Shown: in pieces, positions 57,829 to 64,000 of the stretch
Position numbering within the stretch: position 1 is the stretch's first letter
Layout: every line of letters starts with the position of its first letter
Assembly (NCBI GenBank): GCA_039715075.1
Contig: JBDLIC010000001.1
Coordinates: 3,501 to 67,500, forward strand
Source: Nitrospirota bacterium
Lineage (GTDB): Bacteria > Nitrospirota > Thermodesulfovibrionia > UBA6902
Direction: 5' to 3'
DNA: 64,000 nt
Position numbers and translations under genes: made by a program
The notes under the pieces: model-generated
Seen by the model: only the letters and a program-made list of their open reading frames with translations
Database searches by the model: none
Told to the model about the DNA's origin: nothing

Positions 57829-58061
57829 TATATCAGACCCGCTTCTTCCATTTCTTTTATCATACGGTCGAACTCCTGCGGTTTTTTTCGTCCAAGCTGA
57901 ATTGTAGCATCATAGATATCCATTCTGCCCCCCGGATCAATGGGTTCGAGATACTTCTCGAAAAAAGCAACAAACTTGTTCTTCTTTTTTTCATCAAAGA
58001 ACAGGTCCTCAAATGCAAAACTTATCTTCTGAGCGGTCATTGATATTTTGTCTAAATCCAT
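57828..58061 (-). CDS. small hypothetical protein
   Basis: A 77-aa ORF downstream of the ExeA-like gene. Confidence 0.45.
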   Translation of the reverse strand: MDLDKISMTAQKISFAFEDLFFDEKKKNKFVAFFEKYLEPIDPGGRMDIYDATIQLGRKKPQEFDRMIKEMEEAGLI

Positions 58062-58137
58062 TATTTATTCTCTCCTGATGCCTCACTGCGGCATCATAAC
58101 GTATGATTACTTTTTATCACCGGCAATTAGCAATATT

Positions 58138-59745
58138 TTATTCTTCGGATATTTGGAGATTGTCCCGGGGCTGACCACTGCCGGACTCTGCCCTGGCCTC
58201 TTGCAGAACCGCATTACCCCGGTCCGGAATATTATCCGGATCTTCCTTAACCGGGGCATCGGGATTAACAGTATCTGCTTCAGTGATATGCCCTTCTTCA
58301 ACCATCTCAGACTCTTCTCTAACCATCTCGTTTATATCGACTTTGTTTACGATCCACCCGGATATCCATCCTTTTTCTTCCTGAAAAGGGACAAGATACC
58401 ATGTTGTGTTCTGATCGTCAATGTATTCATTCAGCACCAGAAACTGGTTATGCCTGTATGTCTGACCTATTTTCCCAGCATCAACTGAGGGAGATTTCCT
58501 GATGTTGGCAACCGAAACTTTTACTGATACAAGCCTGATATCAGGCATTGGATTGTCATCAGGAATCTGTTCCTGCTCATTTGCTGTAATTATCGCTTCT
58601 GCTTCCCCTGCAATATTTCCGTCAGCAACAGGCTGAGCAGGGTCATCAGTAACAGTTTCATCAGTGACAGTCTTATCAGTAATAGTCTCATCAGGAGCAG
58701 GGCCAGTTATATCTTCTTCCAGGGACGGGGTTACGGTCTCCCTGGCTGTCTGATCCTCCGCTAATTCAACAGGTTCAATTGTATCAGTTTTTTCAACTGC
58801 AGGAGCGGTTATAAGGTGGGCTGAATTTTTCATTTTATTTTGCTGCATATAAAAAAATACAGACGCACTTACAACAAAAAGTACCAGAAAAATACCAGCG
58901 GCCGCCAGCGCCGGCCTCAGTGATTTTTTAATCTTAATATCACTATGCTTAAGGCTTTTCGTAGCATGATACAGATGCCTTGGAAGTATGGTTGTGCTTT
59001 CTTCAAGGAAAGCTGCCATTAAAGTCCTGGAGATTACCATATTAATAAGCTTCGGGGTACCATTAGAATACTTATAAATAAGCCTGCCCACTTTTTTGTT
59101 GATCTGCAGTTTTCTCTTACCGGCTTTTATGGACCTGTAATCAATATAATCCATTGTTTCCTTTTGGCCGAACTGCCTTAAATGGATCCTTGTGGTTATT
59201 CTCTGGTTAAGCTGCCTGAGTTTTTCGGTCATAAGCTTTTCCTCAAGCTCGGGCTGTCCGATTAGTATTATCTGTATCAGCTTGTCTTTGTCTGTTTCAA
59301 GATTCGAAAGCAGTCTCAGCTCTTCAAGGGTATCGGCAGGCAGGTTCTGTGCTTCATCAAGAATAATAATGACCCGTTTATTTTCCTTTGATTTCACGGT
59401 CATGAAATCCCTGAGGGCCTTTATTATTTCGTTTTTACTCTTGTTCTCAAGGCTGATTTTAAGGTCCTCAGCAATCGAAATCAGACACTCCTCCGGCGAG
59501 AGGCGGGGTGTAAGTATCATTGCAGTTTCAGCCTGGGACTTCCATTTTTCGAGGAACACCTTTAACATCGTGGTCTTGCCGGTCCCCGGACCGCCGATAA
59601 TCAGAAGAATTCCCTCTTTCTGGTCAATGGCATAATCCATCAGTAGCAGCCCTTCTTTATGACTGGAAGAGGGGAAAAAGTAAGCAGGATCCGGTGTTAA
59701 CCTGAACGGGTACTCTTTAAGTTCAAAAAAATCGAGAAAATCCAT
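58138..59745 (-). CDS. ExeA/GspA-like AAA ATPase with a C-terminal SH3/PG-binding-like region
   Basis: It has a GGPGTGKTT Walker A motif, an Asp/Thr/Glu-rich low-complexity linker and a C-terminal SH3-like domain. Confidence 0.7.
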   Translation of the reverse strand: MDFLDFFELKEYPFRLTPDPAYFFPSSSHKEGLLLMDYAIDQKEGILLIIGGPGTGKTTMLKVFLEKWKSQAETAMILTPRLSPEECLISIAEDLKISLENKSKNEIIKALRDFMTVKSKENKRVIIILDEAQNLPADTLEELRLLSNLETDKDKLIQIILIGQPELEEKLMTEKLRQLNQRITTRIHLRQFGQKETMDYIDYRSIKAGKRKLQINKKVGRLIYKYSNGTPKLINMVISRTLMAAFLEESTTILPRHLYHATKSLKHSDIKIKKSLRPALAAAGIFLVLFVVSASVFFYMQQNKMKNSAHLITAPAVEKTDTIEPVELAEDQTARETVTPSLEEDITGPAPDETITDKTVTDETVTDDPAQPVADGNIAGEAEAIITANEQEQIPDDNPMPDIRLVSVKVSVANIRKSPSVDAGKIGQTYRHNQFLVLNEYIDDQNTTWYLVPFQEEKGWISGWIVNKVDINEMVREESEMVEEGHITEADTVNPDAPVKEDPDNIPDRGNAVLQEARAESGSGQPRDNLQISEE

Positions 59746-59747
59746 AT

Positions 59748-60173
59748 TTAATTACCTATATTTGAAACAAGATCATATATGGGAGACAGCAGCCCGAGGA
59801 TAATAACCACAAACATGCCGCCAATCACAATAATAATTATCGGTTCGATCATCTTTCCCATTTTCTCTGAAATATCATCAAGTTTATCAAGAAAATAATT
59901 CGAGAGATAATCAAGCTGTTCAGTAAGGTTCCCGGCTGACTCTCCAATAGATATCATCCTGACCGCGATGGTCGGAAACAGACCGGGGTGTTTTTTAACA
60001 GCATCACTGATCCTGTTCCCCAGCATAACATCTTCTTTAATTTTTTCCAATGCCCTGCTGAACACCAGGTTATTCATGACCCTGATCATTATATCCAGGG
60101 ACCGGTCAATTGTAACACCGGCCGCAGTCAGTATCCTTAAATTGTTCTGAAAATAACGCCAGCAGTTTATTGG
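59748..60173 (-). pseudogene. type II secretion/type IV pilus platform protein (GspF/PilC) C-terminal-domain remnant
   Basis: The frame …NNLRILTAAGVTIDRSLDIMIRVMNNLVFSRALEKIKEDVMLGNRISDA… corresponds to only one T2SSF domain. An upstream stop and a frame break truncate the N-terminal half. Confidence 0.55.
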
Positions 60174-60236
60174 TCAATCCTTCACTTGATTTGAGACCAT
60201 TTGCTGAGTTATTCTGAATAAACTGGAAATTCAACC

Positions 60237-60392
60237 ATGACTGAAGACAATAAAACCTGTTTTGTTTGTGAAAAACCACTGGATAAATGTGAGTGTTGTG
60301 CTGAATGCGGTCATATATGCAGTCTCGACTACGGTGAGCTGTATTGTCCGGTATGTTTCCCCGAACCCCTGAAAAAACCAGATGATAAATGA
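60237..60392 (+). CDS. small Cys-rich (zinc-ribbon) protein, 51 aa; not in the ORF track
   Basis: The translation is MTEDNKTCFVCEKPLDKCECCAECGHICSLDYGELYCPVCFPEPLKKPDDK. Its stop overlaps the tadA start (ATGA). Confidence 0.45.
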   Translation: MTEDNKTCFVCEKPLDKCECCAECGHICSLDYGELYCPVCFPEPLKKPDDK

Positions 60393-60841
60393 ATGACAGG
60401 GATGAGTATTTTATGCGCCTTGCCCTTGAGGAAGCAGGCGAGGCATATGCAGAAGGTGAAGTACCGGTAGGCGCTGTACTCGCCATAGATAATCAGATTA
60501 TCGCCAGGACCCGTAACAGGAAAGAGTCCGCAAATGATCCGACTGCTCACGCAGAATTAATGATTATCAGAGAAGGATCAGAAATTATTGGCGACTGGCG
60601 CTTGTCAGACACAACTCTTTATGTAACCAAGGAACCATGCGTAATGTGTGCCGGAGCAATGATAAATGCCAGGCTGGGCAGGCTGGTCTACGGATGCAGG
60701 GATGAAAGGTTCGGAGCGGTCAACAGCCGGTATCAGCTGCTCCACGATCCCGGACTGAATCACCAGGTCAGGGTTGTTTCCGGTATTCTGGAAGATAACT
60801 GCTCAAAATTATTAAAAAAATTTTTCAAGCTGCGAAGATAA
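60389..60841 (+). CDS. tadA: tRNA-specific adenosine deaminase
   Basis: It has HAE and PCVMC zinc-binding motifs. Confidence 0.9.
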   Translation: MNDRDEYFMRLALEEAGEAYAEGEVPVGAVLAIDNQIIARTRNRKESANDPTAHAELMIIREGSEIIGDWRLSDTTLYVTKEPCVMCAGAMINARLGRLVYGCRDERFGAVNSRYQLLHDPGLNHQVRVVSGILEDNCSKLLKKFFKLRR

Positions 60842-60951
60842 AATGATTTATTAGTATAATATTGAATTATTGTGTCCAGCGAACAGGGGAAAGATCAAAG
60901 ATCTTTACTGCAGTCTTTGAGCTGACAGCTGAAAGCTGATAGCTTTTTCAA

Positions 60952-61039
<88 letters not shown>

Positions 61040-61248
61040 TAAAACAGCTATTAGCTTTCAGCGGTCAGCTATCAGCTTAAAAAAACATTAAAAACCTGCG
61101 AAGTTGAAAGTTATATGGCTAAAGTTATAAAGTAATAGGTTAAGTAAAGTTTGATCCGGGATTACCCGACCCTTAATTCTTAACTTAACACGTTATTATT
61201 TAAGGTTTTTTAGCTGACAGCTGACCGCTTATAGCTGATAGCTAAATT

Positions 61249-61342
<94 letters not shown>

Positions 61343-61409
61343 TAGAGTTTAGAGTCATGAGTTAAGAGTTATTTATAAAACTCTAAACTCATGACTCTTG
61401 ACTCTAAAT

Positions 61410-61528
61410 TTGGTCGGGCCTTTGGGCCCTGTGCAACAGTTTGCTGCGAACTCCGCCAGGTCCGGAAGGAAGCAACGGTAAGTGGTTATTCTGTGTGCCG
61501 CAGATCACCTGAAGGACCGGCCATTATT
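61410..61528 (+). ncRNA. ffs: SRP RNA (4.5S, ffs)
   Basis: It contains the conserved domain IV motif CCAGGTCCGGAAGGAAGCA. The 5' and 3' ends are complementary. Confidence 0.65.
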
Positions 61529-61612
61529 TATAGAGTATAGAGTTAGGAGTCAAGAGTTTGGAGATGGCTTCACATAACTCTTAACTCCTGACTCTATACT
61601 CAATTTAATATT

Positions 61613-63229
61613 ATGAGCTACATTGTTCTCGCACGAAAATGGCGTCCACGAAGTTTTGGAGATCTTGTTGGACAGGAATCCGCTTCCAAAACTCTAAAAA
61701 ACGCTCTTGCAAGCGGTAAAATAGCACACGCCTATCTGTTTTCCGGTGCCAGGGGTGTAGGTAAAACATCATGTGCAAGAATCCTTGCAAAAGCCCTTAA
61801 TTGTGAACAGAGAAACGGCAGTGAACCCTGCGGTGAATGCCAGAACTGCAAAGCAATATCGGATGGGGCCTCTGTAGATGTGTTCGAGATCGACGGGGCA
61901 TCCAACAACAGCGTTGAAGCGATCAGGGAATTAAGGGAAACGGTAAAATATGCGCCGGCAGGCGGCAGGTATAAAATATACATAATCGATGAAGTACATA
62001 TGCTTAGCACCTCAGCCTTTAATGCTCTGCTAAAAACACTGGAAGAACCTCCTCCGCATGTTATCTTTATCTTTGCCACGACTGAGCCCAAAAAGATTCC
62101 GGCTACAATACTCTCCCGGTGTCAGCATCATTCTTTCCGGAGAATCACAAAAGCCGGAATAATGGAACAGCTCAGGAAAATCTCGGACACTGAAAATATA
62201 AAAATACAGGATGCTGCAATCGAAATGATATCAAAGGCAGCTGACGGCAGTATGAGAGATGCCCTTACCCTTCTGGATCAGGCATATTCTTTCAGTGATG
62301 AAATTGACCTGAAAGAACTCCAGAGTCTGCTGGGTCTGCCGGAATCCGAAATTATCGCAAACCTCTCAGACTCAATTATTAAAGGCGACATTTCGGGTAC
62401 TCTCTCAATAATAAAGGAACTGACAGACCGGGGAAGTGACCTTCGCCAGCTGACCAAAGAGCTGGTTGAGCAATTCAGGAATATTGCTGTAGTTAAAATT
62501 ACACGCGATGCAGGGGACCTCCTGGAATTTTCGGAAGAAGATATCCAAAACCTGAAGGCCCTTTCTTCAGATATCAGTATAGAGCAGTTGACATTGCTTC
62601 TGTCTGAACTTCTTAAGATAGAAGGGGAAGTAAGGAGTGCCATAAATCCGAGATATACACTTGAACTCGGGCTTTTGAGGACCTCCTTTGTGAAAGGCAT
62701 GACATCCATTGAAAACATTCTGAAAGCCATTAACGAAACGCCCGTAAATAACAAAACAGAGAGACCGGAGATTGAGAAACCCTCCCCCGTTACAGAAAAA
62801 AAAACTGAAATAACAGAACCGGCCGCAGAAGATAACAGCGTGCCCATAAGGAACAAAGAGGAGATCTGGAAAAAACTGCTTGAAACAATTGATTCCGATG
62901 ACCACCGCCTTTCCTGCAAACTTGAAGGGGCCAAACTGGTCAACCTGACAGATTCGGAACTTGTGATAGGATTCAATGGAGGGATGTCAGTACTTGCTGA
63001 CTCGATAAAAAGCCAGGCTTCCGTTATTCAACCGGTATTGCAAAAAATAAGCGGACAGAACCTCAGGCTTAAGATTTTATCTTTACCGGGAAATCAGCCA
63101 AAGAAGGACATTGGTAAAATCAAGGAAGAAGTTTTTGATGAACCGCTGGTCAAAAACGCCATAAAAATATTTGACGGTTCACTGCTCAGGGTTAAGTCAC
63201 TTGAGGATAGTGAAGAAATAAAAGAATAG
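61613..63229 (+). CDS. dnaX: DNA polymerase III subunits gamma/tau
   Basis: It has an AAA+ GARGVGKTS motif and a zinc module CGECQNC. Confidence 0.9.
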   Translation: MSYIVLARKWRPRSFGDLVGQESASKTLKNALASGKIAHAYLFSGARGVGKTSCARILAKALNCEQRNGSEPCGECQNCKAISDGASVDVFEIDGASNNSVEAIRELRETVKYAPAGGRYKIYIIDEVHMLSTSAFNALLKTLEEPPPHVIFIFATTEPKKIPATILSRCQHHSFRRITKAGIMEQLRKISDTENIKIQDAAIEMISKAADGSMRDALTLLDQAYSFSDEIDLKELQSLLGLPESEIIANLSDSIIKGDISGTLSIIKELTDRGSDLRQLTKELVEQFRNIAVVKITRDAGDLLEFSEEDIQNLKALSSDISIEQLTLLLSELLKIEGEVRSAINPRYTLELGLLRTSFVKGMTSIENILKAINETPVNNKTERPEIEKPSPVTEKKTEITEPAAEDNSVPIRNKEEIWKKLLETIDSDDHRLSCKLEGAKLVNLTDSELVIGFNGGMSVLADSIKSQASVIQPVLQKISGQNLRLKILSLPGNQPKKDIGKIKEEVFDEPLVKNAIKIFDGSLLRVKSLEDSEEIKE

Positions 63230-63246
63230 GAACAAAGGAGGTAATT

Positions 63247-63576
63247 ATGTCAAAGAAAATGCTCGGGGACCTGATGAAGCAGGCCCAGAAAATGCAGAGT
63301 GAGATGGGGAAGGTCCAGGAAGAATCAAAAAAGAAGACCGTTGAGGCATCTGCCGGAGGAGGGATGGTTGTGGCAGTGGCAAACGGGGCTATGGAGGTTA
63401 TTTCCGTAAAAATAGAAAAGGATGTTGTTAATCCGGATGATATTGAAATGCTCCAGGACCTGGTAGTGGCAGCTGTGAACGAGGCCCTCCGCAGGGCGCA
63501 GCAGATGGTATCTGAGGATATGGGAAAAATTACCGGCGGAATGAACATCCCGGGACTTGGGAACATGTTCGGTTAA
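63247..63576 (+). CDS. ybaB: YbaB/EbfC nucleoid-associated protein
   Basis: The 109-aa product follows the conserved dnaX-ybaB-recR gene order. Confidence 0.85.
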   Translation: MSKKMLGDLMKQAQKMQSEMGKVQEESKKKTVEASAGGGMVVAVANGAMEVISVKIEKDVVNPDDIEMLQDLVVAAVNEALRRAQQMVSEDMGKITGGMNIPGLGNMFG

Positions 63577-64000
63577 TGAGCGGCAATGTTATTGAAAATT
63601 TGATAACTGAGCTTACGAAGCTGCCCGGCATCGGGAGGAAGTCTGCACAGAGATTGGCGTTTTTTATCATGGGAATGCCGGACGGGGAAGCCCTGTCTAT
63701 TGCAAACGCCATTACCCGGCTGAAGGAAAAGGCACGTTTCTGTAAAAACTGTTTTAATATTTCTGAAAGCGACGTCTGCTCTATCTGCACCGACCCCCGA
63801 AGGAACAAAGAAAAGATTTGCGTTGTTGAAGAGCCCAGCAATCTGATAGTTATTGAAAACACAAAAGTCTACAACGGCCTTTACCACATCCTGCTCGGGG
63901 CCCTTTCACCAATTGACGGAATAACACCGGACAGATTAAAAATCAATGAACTGGCAGATAGAGTAAAGACCGGAAATTTTACGGAAGTTATCATCGCGAC
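63576..64000 (+). CDS. recR: recombination protein RecR (3' partial; runs off the window)
   Basis: The translation MSGNVIENLITELTKLPGIGRKSAQRLAFF… has an HhH motif and a C4 zinc finger (CKNC…CSIC). The start overlaps the ybaB stop (TAATG). Confidence 0.85.
   Translation, partial: MSGNVIENLITELTKLPGIGRKSAQRLAFFIMGMPDGEALSIANAITRLKEKARFCKNCFNISESDVCSICTDPRRNKEKICVVEEPSNLIVIENTKVYNGLYHILLGALSPIDGITPDRLKINELADRVKTGNFTEVIIA

Noticed and set aside
60106-60486. 126-aa minus-strand ORF
   Set aside because: It is an out-of-frame reading across the degraded gspF region and also overlaps the plus-strand Cys-rich ORF and the tadA start. Its sequence is not protein-like.

Overview
This is a chromosomal segment from a probable strictly anaerobic bacterium. 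The gene content is Desulfobacterota/Nitrospirota-like, but that is inference only. Coding density is high, and both ATG and non-ATG starts (TTG/GTG/ATA) are in use. The main blocks are as follows.

- **Oxidative-stress supercluster (about 2.4-20 kb).** On the plus strand at 2.4-5.7 kb sit two bacterioferritin-like genes, a PNPOx-like gene, a rubrerythrin-like ferritin and trxC. On the minus strand from 8.1 to 19.7 kb run cytochrome c, a sterol-desaturase-family gene, a ferritin-like gene, a YyaL thioredoxin-domain gene, gdhA, an FprA flavodiiron gene, a selenocysteine (in-frame TGA) peroxiredoxin, rubrerythrin, superoxide reductase, rubredoxin, a HEAT-repeat gene, a NifU-like gene, another ferritin-like gene, two Zn-ribbon miniproteins and a Fur-family (PerR-like) regulator.
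- **Housekeeping genes.** These are a cytochrome P460-like gene, hflX and polA.
- **Apparent accessory island (about 25.3-30.2 kb).** It is bounded by copies of a MITE-like repeat. It holds a TPR protein and a tight four-gene operon of unknown proteins ending in a Zn-ribbon protein with a C-terminal HEPN-like Rx4H motif. This operon is a candidate undescribed defence or abortive-infection module. A large SWIM-SNF2 helicase lies immediately next to it.
- **Further genes.** DksA/TraR, dodecin, an uncharacterised enzyme plus ferredoxin pair, PBP1A and a PilZ-REC regulator.
- **Complete Tad/Flp pilus locus (40.7-53.7 kb).** It includes tadD, tadC, tadB, cpaF, cpaE, tadG, tadE, the cpaC secretin, cpaB, the prepilin peptidase and flp.
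- **Right-hand end.** An L,D-transpeptidase, nadB, an ExeA-like ATPase, a gspF remnant, tadA, two tRNA-Ser genes, SRP RNA, dnaX, ybaB and partial recR.

Two families of short palindromic intergenic repeats recur throughout the window. No CRISPR array, transposase or integrase was seen.
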